Assembly: GCA_030428785.1 (NCBI GenBank)
Contig: JAUIEF010000002.1
Span: 18,892-82,891 of the forward strand
Length of the DNA stretch: 64,000 nt
Direction of reading: 5' to 3'
From: a bacterium
GTDB lineage: Bacteria; Planctomycetota; B15-G4
The position numbers and the translations under genes were made by a program. Of this stretch, positions 56,260 to 64,000 are shown in pieces. The notes under the pieces were generated by a model. The model saw only the letters and a program-made list of their open reading frames with translations, ran no database searches and was not told the origin of the DNA. Position 1 is the first letter of the stretch. Each line of letters begins with the position of its first letter.

Positions 56260-57816
56260 ATGGTCACGCTCTACCCGTTCGTCCACGACGACCCCCGGCC
56301 GCTTCGCGCCGGACTCCACGGCTTCACGCACGGCCTGCGCCTGGCGCTCGCCGCCACGCTCCTCGCCGGCACCGCCGCGGCCGGCGGCCAGTACGTCCAG
56401 ATCCTCGCGGACGACGGCTTCGAGCCGGGCAGCCAACCGCTGCTGCCGTACACGCAGCTCACGCTCGACCGCTGGATGCACGAGAACGCCGCGCTCGTCT
56501 CGGGCACCCAGAACGGGGTGACCCCGCGCACGGGCACGGGCATGATCGCCGTCGCGCAGGCGAACCTCACGGCCTCGGAGGTCCGGCAGCGCCTCGACGT
56601 CTCGGACCTCGCGCCCCAGGTCGACGCGGGGATCGTCGCGATCGAGACGAGCGCGTGGCTCAACCCGACCGTCGCCGGCGTGAACGCGCGGGTGTTCGCC
56701 ACCGCGTTCGACGCCGGGCAGTCGAACATCGGGTTCATCGGCAGCACGTGCACGTCCCCCGACGGCGACACGGGCACCTGGGAGCAGTTCGTCGCGACCT
56801 TCACGCTCCCGGCGGGCACGCGCTACGTCGAGATGCGCTTCTCCGCCACGAACAGCACGCTGCCGATCGGCGAGTTCCTGTACGTCGACGACGCGTCCTG
56901 CGCGCTCTACGAGGTGCTCGGCCAGCTGCTCACGGACCCCGGCCTCGACTCGGGCTCGCAGCCCCTGCTGCCGTTCACCCAGCTCACGAACGACCGCTGG
57001 ATGGACGAGAACGCCGCGCTCGTCGTCGGCCCGGAGGGCGGCGCGACGCCGATCGGCGACGGCATGCTGCGCCTCGACCCCGCGGGCGGCAGCGCCTCCG
57101 AGGTGCGCCAGCGCGTCGACGTCTCGGCGTTCGCGTCCGACATCGACGCCGGCACGATGAGCATCCAGGCCAAGGGGCTCGTCAACCCGACGGTCGGCGG
57201 CACGAACACGCGCGTCCACGCGCACGCCTACGCCGCCAACCAGTCGTCACTCGGCGTCCTCACGAGCCCGTGTCGCACGCCCGACGCGGACACGTCGACC
57301 TGGCAGCTCTGGACCGCGACCCTGCGGCTCCCCGCGGGGACGCGCTACGTGCAGTTCCGCTGGTCGGTGAACAACGTGGACATCGCGCCGACCGACGCGC
57401 TCTACGCCGACGAGGCCGAGCTGCTCCTGCTGCGCGACGTCTGCGGACCGTGGTTGAACCTCGGCGGCGGCACCGTCGGCACGGCGGGCGCCGTGACGCT
57501 CGAGGGCTCCGGCCCGCTCACCGGCAACTCGACCGCGACGCTCGACCTCACGAACACGCCGCCGAGCGCGCTCACGCTCGCGTGGCTCTCGTTCGCGCCC
57601 GTGCCCTTCCCGGCGCTGGGCGGGACGGTCCACGCCTTCCCGTACGCGAACCAGTTCCTGTTCGTCACGAACCCCTCGGGCGCGCTGTCGCTCTCGACGA
57701 CCTGGCCCGTGGGCGTGCCGCCCGGCTTCAACGTGTACTTCCAGTTCCTGGTCGACGACCCGCCGACCGTGCACGACATCACGCTGAGCAACGGGCTGCG
57801 GGGCACCGCGCAGTAG
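56260..57816 (+). CDS. secreted protein with two ~190-aa internal repeats and recurrent C-terminal domain
   Basis: ATG with AGGAG upstream; signal peptide. Repeats begin GFEPGSQPLLPYTQLTLDRWMHENAALV and GLDSGSQPLLPFTQLTNDRWMDENAALV. C-terminus LAWLSFAPVPFPALGGTVHAFPYANQFLFV...YFQFLVDDPP..TLSNGLRGTAQ. Confidence 0.75.
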   Translation: MVTLYPFVHDDPRPLRAGLHGFTHGLRLALAATLLAGTAAAGGQYVQILADDGFEPGSQPLLPYTQLTLDRWMHENAALVSGTQNGVTPRTGTGMIAVAQANLTASEVRQRLDVSDLAPQVDAGIVAIETSAWLNPTVAGVNARVFATAFDAGQSNIGFIGSTCTSPDGDTGTWEQFVATFTLPAGTRYVEMRFSATNSTLPIGEFLYVDDASCALYEVLGQLLTDPGLDSGSQPLLPFTQLTNDRWMDENAALVVGPEGGATPIGDGMLRLDPAGGSASEVRQRVDVSAFASDIDAGTMSIQAKGLVNPTVGGTNTRVHAHAYAANQSSLGVLTSPCRTPDADTSTWQLWTATLRLPAGTRYVQFRWSVNNVDIAPTDALYADEAELLLLRDVCGPWLNLGGGTVGTAGAVTLEGSGPLTGNSTATLDLTNTPPSALTLAWLSFAPVPFPALGGTVHAFPYANQFLFVTNPSGALSLSTTWPVGVPPGFNVYFQFLVDDPPTVHDITLSNGLRGTAQ

Positions 57817-57839
57817 GAGGACCGCGAGGAGAGGGACGA

Positions 57840-57873
57840 CGGCCCGGTCACCCCGCGCGGGGCGGCCGGGCCG
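57840..57873. terminator. 34-nt near-perfect GC palindrome between convergent genes
   Basis: CGGCCCGGTCACCCCGCGCGGGGCGGCCGGGCCG is self-complementary except for one U-G wobble position and one mismatch, giving an approximately 14-bp stem. It lies 24 nt after the stop at 57816. Confidence 0.4.
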
Positions 57874-58019
57874 TCGCTTCGTCCGGGGGGGGGCGACCGC
57901 GCGCGACGCGGCGGTCCGGCGGGCGCCGAAAAGGACCGCGAGGAGACCGCCGCCGGAATCCGGGGGACCGGCTCCCGGGGGCTGCCGCATTTCCGGCGGC
58001 GGACGCGGCGCGCGCCGAC

Positions 58020-59666
58020 TCAGCGCTCCTCGCGACCGGGCCCCAGCTCCGCGCGCAGCTCCGCGACACAGCGCGCGCCGTCGACGTGGCGCGGCTCGAG
58101 GCGCACCGACTCCTCGTAGGCGGCGAGCGCCTCCTCGAGCCGGCCCGTCGCGCGGAGCCCCTCGCCGAGGCTGTCGTGCACGCTCCACGACTCCGGGTAG
58201 GCCTCGGCGTTGAGGCGGAAGAGCTCGACCGCCGTGTCGGGACGGTCGTCGAGGATGAGCGCCTCGTACGCGAGCTCGTTGAGCGAGTCCTCGCGGAACG
58301 GGACGAGCGACGGGTCGTCGGCCAGGCTCGACGCGAGCAACGCAGCGGCCGCCTCGGGTCCGCCGTCACGCAGCGCGACGAGGAACGCCTCCTCCCGGCG
58401 CGACTGCTCCGCGATGCGCGCGAGCATCCCGTCGAGCTCCGCCTCCGGCAGCCACCGGCCGCGCACCATGACGCCCGCGCGCAGCGTCGTGTTCGTCGGG
58501 TCGGCGAGCGGGTCGCCCTTCACGAGCAGGAGGTCGGCGCGCTTGCCCGCCTCGATCGTGCCGACCTCGTCGAGCACGCCGAGCAGCCGCGCGGCCTCGC
58601 GCGTGCCCGCCGCGAGCGCCTCCTCCGCGGTGAGCCCGCACGCGACGAGCTGCGGGAGCTCGTCGTGCGCGGACGCCCCCGGGATCATGAACGGCACGCC
58701 GTCGCCGCCGGAGTCCGTGCCGAGCAGCAGCGGCACGCCCGCCTCGTGGAACGCGCGCAGGAAGTCCTTCTGCAGCACGAGGAGGTCGCGGAGCTGCGGC
58801 ACGGCGTCGGGCGGGAAGCCGCGGTAGCGGTTCTCGTCCGGTCCCCACGTGCGCCGGCTGTACGCGGACGCGTAGCGCACGGGGCCGCGGTCGAACGCGC
58901 GCTCGAAGCTCGCCGCCTGCCGACCGATGTGGTCGTAGCAGGTGAGCGTCGCGACGACCGACGTGCCCGACGCGGCGACGAGCTCCGCGAGCTCGGGGAT
59001 GGAGCCGCGTCCGTGACGCCCGCCGTCGAACCACCCGTACAGGAACTCCTCGGCGTGGTCGATCGAGTCGGGCGGCGTCTCGAGCACCTGCTCGACGGTC
59101 AGGTTGCGCGGGACGTGGCCGCACGGCCGCATGCCCAGCTCGCGCGCGGCGCCGACGAGCGCGCCGTAGGCATCGGGCGCGATGTCGCCGTAGATCTTGA
59201 GCCACGTGAAGCCGCGCTCCGCCTGCTCCGCGACGAGCGCGCGCGCCGCCTCCGCGTCGTGCACTCCCGTGACCTTCGGGCCGGCAAGGTGCAGCGTCGG
59301 CCCGAGTCGCCGACCGGACGCGACGCGATCGCGCACACCGAGGTGCCACAGGCCGCCGCCCAGGTCGCGCACCGTCGTCACGCCGTGCGCGACGTAGAGG
59401 TCGAGGTCCACCTCGTCGCCGACGTGCACGTGGAGGTCGATGAGCCCGGGCACGAGCGTGAAGCCGTGACCCGGGACGCGCCGCGCGTCGTCCGGGAGCT
59501 CGACCTCGTCGGGCGTGCCCACCGCGCGGATGCGGTCGCCCTCGACGACGACGACGCCGCGCTCGAGCGTGCCGGCGGGACCGAGCGTGACGACGCGCAC
59601 GTCGTCGAACACGGTGACGTCCCCCGGCGCGAGCGCCAGGAGGGCGAGGAGCAGGGCGTGCGTCAT
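58020..59666 (-). CDS. secreted metal-dependent amidohydrolase with C-terminal TPR-like region
   Basis: Signal peptide; motifs GLIDLHVHV, HxH and a later HAEEF; amidohydrolase fold pattern. Confidence 0.8.
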   Translation of the reverse strand: MTHALLLALLALAPGDVTVFDDVRVVTLGPAGTLERGVVVVEGDRIRAVGTPDEVELPDDARRVPGHGFTLVPGLIDLHVHVGDEVDLDLYVAHGVTTVRDLGGGLWHLGVRDRVASGRRLGPTLHLAGPKVTGVHDAEAARALVAEQAERGFTWLKIYGDIAPDAYGALVGAARELGMRPCGHVPRNLTVEQVLETPPDSIDHAEEFLYGWFDGGRHGRGSIPELAELVAASGTSVVATLTCYDHIGRQAASFERAFDRGPVRYASAYSRRTWGPDENRYRGFPPDAVPQLRDLLVLQKDFLRAFHEAGVPLLLGTDSGGDGVPFMIPGASAHDELPQLVACGLTAEEALAAGTREAARLLGVLDEVGTIEAGKRADLLLVKGDPLADPTNTTLRAGVMVRGRWLPEAELDGMLARIAEQSRREEAFLVALRDGGPEAAAALLASSLADDPSLVPFREDSLNELAYEALILDDRPDTAVELFRLNAEAYPESWSVHDSLGEGLRATGRLEEALAAYEESVRLEPRHVDGARCVAELRAELGPGREER

Positions 59667-59783
59667 CGGGCGGTCCCGGCGGGTCGGCGAGCGCGCGCCC
59701 GGCGCCCGGACGCGAGCGCCCAGCCTAGTGCGCGGCGGCCGCGCGCGGTCCGCGGTCACCGATGCGTCAGCGGTCGGCGCGCC

Positions 59784-60764
59784 TCAGCCGTCCCCGGGCG
59801 CGAGGCCGCGCACGACCCAGCGGTCGCCGCGCAGGGACCAGTGCACGACGAGCGTGCCGTCGCCGCAGGTCCAGGTCGTGCGGCCGGCGTCGTCGCGGAA
59901 GTCGTCGGTGCGCGCGCCGAGCGTCGGGAAGTCGTCCGTCCAGCCGCGCCGCTCGACGAGCCGCTCGAAGGAGCGCCCCATCGACACGCGCGAGGACTCC
60001 GCGAAGCCCGCGGTGACGCCCTCGACGGAGGACGCGGCCCACGCCTCCTCGAACGCGCGCAGCGCCGGCGCGACGGACGGCGGCCGCAGCCACAGGAACC
60101 ACGCCGCGACGGCGAGCACGACGGCTCCTCCCGCGGCGAGACCGACGCGCACGAGGCTCCCGCGGTCGGCGCGCCGGCGGCCGCGGCCCTTCGCGCGCGC
60201 GGTGAGCTGCCCCTCCTCCATCTCGTCGCGACGCCGGTGGTGCCGCAGCGCGTCCCAGAGGTCGGGATGCTCGGCGACGAGCGACGCCGCGCGCTTCGCG
60301 CGGAACGCGACGAACCAGAGCCCGGCCGTCAGCAGGCCGGCGTAGCCGTACACCCACCCGGCGGCGCCCGTCACCGCGACGAGCAGGAGCAGCACGAGCG
60401 TCCGCAACGACGCGAGGAGCGCGCACCACAGGAACGGCTCCCGGAACACGCGGACGGCCGCCACGACCCACAGCGCGATGAACCCGCCGGTGAACGCGAC
60501 GACCGGCGTCTCCGCCTCCCCCGACGCGACGTCGACCCAGAGCAGGAGCGCGTCCGCGACGGCGCCCACCGCGAAGATGAGCCGGATCGCTCGGAGGTCC
60601 CGGCGCACGTTCGTGAGCTCGCGGCCCACCGTGAGCCGACGCCGGCTCAGCTCCGCGTCCCGCGGCTCGCCGCACGCCCCGCACTCCCGGTCGCGGTTCG
60701 GGTTGAGCGCGCTGCACCCCGCGCACGTCCACATGCTCGCCGGGATCGTGCCTGTCTCGGTCAT
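59784..60764 (-). CDS. membrane protein with N-terminal RanBP2-like zinc ribbon
   Basis: WTCAGCSALNPNRDRECGACGEP, followed by about 4 TM helices and a C-terminal soluble domain. Confidence 0.55.
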   Translation of the reverse strand: MTETGTIPASMWTCAGCSALNPNRDRECGACGEPRDAELSRRRLTVGRELTNVRRDLRAIRLIFAVGAVADALLLWVDVASGEAETPVVAFTGGFIALWVVAAVRVFREPFLWCALLASLRTLVLLLLVAVTGAAGWVYGYAGLLTAGLWFVAFRAKRAASLVAEHPDLWDALRHHRRRDEMEEGQLTARAKGRGRRRADRGSLVRVGLAAGGAVVLAVAAWFLWLRPPSVAPALRAFEEAWAASSVEGVTAGFAESSRVSMGRSFERLVERRGWTDDFPTLGARTDDFRDDAGRTTWTCGDGTLVVHWSLRGDRWVVRGLAPGDG

Positions 60765-60853
60765 GGTCGGGTCATCCTCGGGCCCTCGCTCGGTGCTCCC
60801 CGAGGAGAAGCGACAACCGACGCGGAGGGAGGAGCGGAAAATCCGCCGACCCG

Positions 60854-61849
60854 TCAGTTCCCGATGACGACGTCCAGCGCGTTCGTGTAGTACCCCGTGA
60901 TCGTCGGGTCGACGGTGACGACCTGCAGGCAGAAGCGCACGTCCACGAGGATGCAGAGCGGCGGCACGTAGAGGTGCAGGCTGTCGGGCGGCGTCCGGAT
61001 CTGGTTGAGGAAGGCCGGCGGCTGGCAGAGCAGCGTGCCGGCCGGCGGCGCGGGCACGTTCGCGGGCAGCGCCGTGAAAAGGTAGATGTCCGCGATGGCG
61101 TTCGGCACGAAGGTCGTGTGGTCGACCCACGGGTCCCAGACGACGCCGAGCGCGGGCGGGCCGGTCGTCGACGGCATGAGCACGAGCGGGTTGGGCGGCG
61201 TGCCCGCGCGCACGAACTCGAAGCCGGCGATCGGCGGGACGGTGCACTGCGGCACGAGGCTCACCGTGTCGATGCCGAGCTCGGACCGCCAGTTCGTCGG
61301 GTTCGGCGCGGTGACGCTCATGGCCGTGAGGCGCAGCGTCTGCGTCGGCGCCGTCGCGGTGAACGTCATGCTGTGGAACTGCCACGTCGCGGGCACGCCG
61401 ATCGCCGGCGGCAGCATGACCGGCGAGTCCTGCACCGCGGCGCCGAACTGGATGCGCCACCAGCCGCCCGCCGGGTCCATGCTGCCGAGCAGCGTCGCGG
61501 ACAACGCCTGCTCGAAGGTGATCGTGTACGTCGCGCCGGGCGTGAGGCCGCTGATGTCCTGCTCGACCCACTCGGCCGGGTTGAGCAGGCCGACGCCGTG
61601 CACGAAGGTGCCGCCGCCGAGGCTCGTCGACCACGCGGTGCCCGCGGCGGTCGTCGTGCTGTTCCAGAGGTCCGTGCCGCCGAAGCCGACGCCGGTCCAC
61701 CCGGCGGGCACGACGCCGTTGTAGGTGGTGAAGTCGGCGGTGCCGTTCATCGCGCCGTTCACGACGGACTGCGCGGCGGCGAGCGGCACGAGCGCGAGGA
61801 GGCAGGCGGCGAGGGCGAGCGGCCGGACGAGCGGGGGGCGGGTGTTCAT
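60854..61849 (-). CDS. secreted protein with Cys-containing variant of the recurrent C-terminal domain
   Basis: Signal peptide MNTRPPLVRPLALAACLLALVPLAAAQ. C-terminus GTLLCQPPAFLNQIR...FCLQVVTVDP...TNALDVVIGN. Confidence 0.7.
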   Translation of the reverse strand: MNTRPPLVRPLALAACLLALVPLAAAQSVVNGAMNGTADFTTYNGVVPAGWTGVGFGGTDLWNSTTTAAGTAWSTSLGGGTFVHGVGLLNPAEWVEQDISGLTPGATYTITFEQALSATLLGSMDPAGGWWRIQFGAAVQDSPVMLPPAIGVPATWQFHSMTFTATAPTQTLRLTAMSVTAPNPTNWRSELGIDTVSLVPQCTVPPIAGFEFVRAGTPPNPLVLMPSTTGPPALGVVWDPWVDHTTFVPNAIADIYLFTALPANVPAPPAGTLLCQPPAFLNQIRTPPDSLHLYVPPLCILVDVRFCLQVVTVDPTITGYYTNALDVVIGN

Positions 61850-61970
61850 GCGCACGAGTCTACTCGCGGTCCGGGGCTCGCGGCGCGGCTCCCCGTCCGG
61901 TGCGTCGCGCGCGAGGAGCGGATCCGGACGCCTGACACCGGGACAGGGCGCTCCGGGTAGACTGCCCGCC

Positions 61971-62768
61971 ATGCCGCCGCGCGCCGACCTCGTCCGGGAA
62001 GCCGTCGACAGCCTCGTCGACGCGTGGTCGGTCATGGCGCGCCGGTTCCCGACGGGGCGCGTCGAGCGCATCGACGGCGTGACGCTCCCGTGGGCGGACG
62101 TGCCGCTGCCGTTCCTGAACTTCGGCGTCGTCGACTCGCCCTGCGCCGACGCCTCGGAGCTGCGTCGCCGCCTCGACGCGCTCCGGGCGCACCTCGCCGG
62201 AGCGGAGCACCCGTGGTTCGGCGCGGTCTGCGAGCCGTGGGCGCCGGGCGACTGGCGCGACGTCGTCGCCGACGCGGGGCTCCACGTCGCGATAACCATC
62301 ACCGGCATGGTCGCCGAGCGCCTCCTCCCGCCGCGTCGCCCGCCGCCGCCCCTCGCGCTGCGCCGGGTCGACGACGCCCGCGGACGTCGCGCCGTCGCCG
62401 AGCTCAACAACCTCGCGTACGAGCTGCCCGACGGGATGTGCGACGCCGTCGCCGACGCGTCGTTCTGGCCCGACGACATGGTCGGCGCCGTCGGCGCGGT
62501 CGACGGCGTCGACGTGTGCACGGCGAGCGTCTTCCCCGCCGCCGGCACGCGCTACGTGGCGCTCGTCGCGACGCACCCGGACCACCACCGCAAGGGCTAC
62601 GCGGCGCACGTCATGCGTCACGCGCTGCAGGAGGCGCACGCGGTGCTGGGCCTGGAGCGCTCGATCCTCCACGCGACGGACGCGGGCCGCCCGGTCTACG
62701 CGGCGATGGGCTACGAGGACACGGCGCGCATCGCGCTCCTGTCGACGGAGCCGCCGGAGGCGCACTGA
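61971..62768 (+). CDS. GNAT-family N-acetyltransferase
   Basis: VALVATHPDHHRKGYAAHVMRHAL acetyl-CoA binding motif. Confidence 0.8.
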   Translation: MPPRADLVREAVDSLVDAWSVMARRFPTGRVERIDGVTLPWADVPLPFLNFGVVDSPCADASELRRRLDALRAHLAGAEHPWFGAVCEPWAPGDWRDVVADAGLHVAITITGMVAERLLPPRRPPPPLALRRVDDARGRRAVAELNNLAYELPDGMCDAVADASFWPDDMVGAVGAVDGVDVCTASVFPAAGTRYVALVATHPDHHRKGYAAHVMRHALQEAHAVLGLERSILHATDAGRPVYAAMGYEDTARIALLSTEPPEAH

Positions 62769-62859
62769 GGGAGCGCGGCCCCCGGGCCTCGAGCGGCTCG
62801 CCGTCCGGCGCGACCCGACGTCCCGCTCACGCGGCGCGCACCGTGGACGTCCGCGCCGG

Positions 62860-63798
62860 TCACCCCGCGGATCCGAGCGCCTTTCCGCAGTGCGGACACG
62901 TCCCCGTCGCCGCCGCCTCCTCCCGCGCGCTCGCCACGAGCCGGGCCGCCTCGTCCTCGCCGAGGCCGAGGTCGGTGCGCATCGCCTCGAGCTCGCGCGC
63001 CTCGGCGGCCGAGATGGCGCCGTCGCTCGCCGCCTCGCCGACCTGCTCCGCGAAGGACTCGCGGCGGCGACGCAGGTGGTCGGAGAACGCGCTCGCGAGG
63101 ATGCCCGCCGGGAGCGCGACCATGCCGATGCCGACGATCGTGACGATCGCGCCGAAGACCTTGCCGCCCGCCGTGATCGGCGTGACGTCGCCGTAGCCCA
63201 CGGTCGTGAGCGTCGCGACCGCCCACCACATCGCGGCCGGGATGCTGCCGAAGGCCTCCGGCTGCACGTCCGACTCGACCAGGTAGATGCCGCTCGCCGC
63301 GAGGATCAGGATGACCATGAGGATGAAGAGCGCCGCGCCGAAGCTCCGCGCCTCGTCGCGCAGCACGCCGAGCAGGATGGACATCGCCGCCGAGTAGCGC
63401 GTGAGCTTGAAGATGCGGAAGAGGCGCAGCACGCGCAGGAAGCGCAGGTCCACGGGCAGGAGCGCCTCGAGGTAGAACGGCGCGATGGCGGCGAGGTCGA
63501 CGAGCGCCATGGGCGTGAGCGCGAAGCGCAGGCGGCCGCGCACGGGTTCGCCGAAGCGGCCGGACGGGTGCGCGGTGCAGGTCGCGAGACGCAGCACGTA
63601 CTCGATGGTGAACACGACCACCGAGAAGACGTCGAACGCGTGGAGCTCCGCGCCGAAGCGTTCGCGGACGGACGGCACCGTCTCGAGGATCGCGGCGCAC
63701 ACCGCGAGCACGATGAGCGCGAGCAGCGAGACGTCGAGCGTGCGCACGAGCGCCGGTCGGCCGCGCAGGGCCTGGAACATCACGGATCGTCGCTGCAT
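62860..63798 (-). CDS. voltage-gated K+ channel (6TM, Kv-like) with C-terminal CxxC tail
   Basis: S4 helix with Arg every third residue (LRFLRVLRLFRIFKLTRY). TTVGYGD selectivity filter; C-terminal TCPHCGK. Confidence 0.85.
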   Translation of the reverse strand: MQRRSVMFQALRGRPALVRTLDVSLLALIVLAVCAAILETVPSVRERFGAELHAFDVFSVVVFTIEYVLRLATCTAHPSGRFGEPVRGRLRFALTPMALVDLAAIAPFYLEALLPVDLRFLRVLRLFRIFKLTRYSAAMSILLGVLRDEARSFGAALFILMVILILAASGIYLVESDVQPEAFGSIPAAMWWAVATLTTVGYGDVTPITAGGKVFGAIVTIVGIGMVALPAGILASAFSDHLRRRRESFAEQVGEAASDGAISAAEARELEAMRTDLGLGEDEAARLVASAREEAAATGTCPHCGKALGSAG

Positions 63799-64000
63799 GC
63801 CGCGGCTCCCGGGGTCGCCGACGCGCAGCCGGCGGTGGGACGAAGGTATCAGGCCGCCGACGCCCCACGAGCGGGCGCAGAACGACCGTTCCGCGCCTGT
63901 CACCCCGGACGACGGCCGCGGTATCGCCGGGCGCCCGGCTCCACCTTTGAATTGACGCTCCCCCGGGGGCCCCCTAGCATCGGGCCCGGCCGAGCAACCG

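Noticed and set aside
56655-60890. 1411-aa plus-strand ORF
   Set aside because: Spans three minus-strand or plus-strand real genes in a wrong frame; composition R/A/G-rich.

Overview
This 64-kb window comes from a very high-GC (~70%) Gram-negative chromosome with strong GGAGG-type ribosome-binding sites. Its gene content (PSCyt1-type c-cytochrome, TIGR02999-like ECF sigma factors, Ser/Thr kinases fused to TPR or WD40 repeats, many FG-GAP/PKD secreted proteins) resembles Myxococcota- or Planctomycetota-style genomes. I can support about 54 protein-coding genes; most long antisense or overlapping ORFs in the track are spurious. I found no rRNA, tRNA, CRISPR array, transposase or integrase.

The window is dominated by secreted and lipoprotein genes. 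The most striking result is a ~100-aa domain that recurs in at least 8 different secreted proteins. It sits at the extreme C-terminus in 7 of them and directly behind the signal peptide in a metallo-beta-lactamase-fold protein. I could not assign it to any known sorting or secretion tag.

The second striking result is a small lipoprotein whose YHS-like metal-binding domain is interrupted by a single in-frame TGA, exactly between the two conserved cysteines. A 6-bp stem-loop begins 12 nt downstream of the TGA. This makes it a candidate selenocysteine (C-U-x-x-C) protein or a recent pseudogene. It sits directly downstream of a cytochrome P460-like gene and a membrane-anchored PSCyt1 c-type cytochrome.

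Other notable items:
- A DUF1289 Cys-rich protein translationally coupled to an SNF2 helicase.
- A small ORF, an MNT-like nucleotidyltransferase and a PhyH-family dioxygenase with overlapping stops and starts.
- A tandem duplication of ~2-kb PKD/FG-GAP genes.
- An FG-GAP protein ending in a proprotein-convertase P-domain with no protease domain.
- A sulfatase-fold lipoprotein with Thr in the nucleophile position.
- Three DoxX paralogs next to an alpha-carbonic anhydrase, flanking a 568-bp apparently non-coding gap.
- A purE-purK operon fused to an IDH-family gene and a winged-helix regulator through overlapping start and stop codons.
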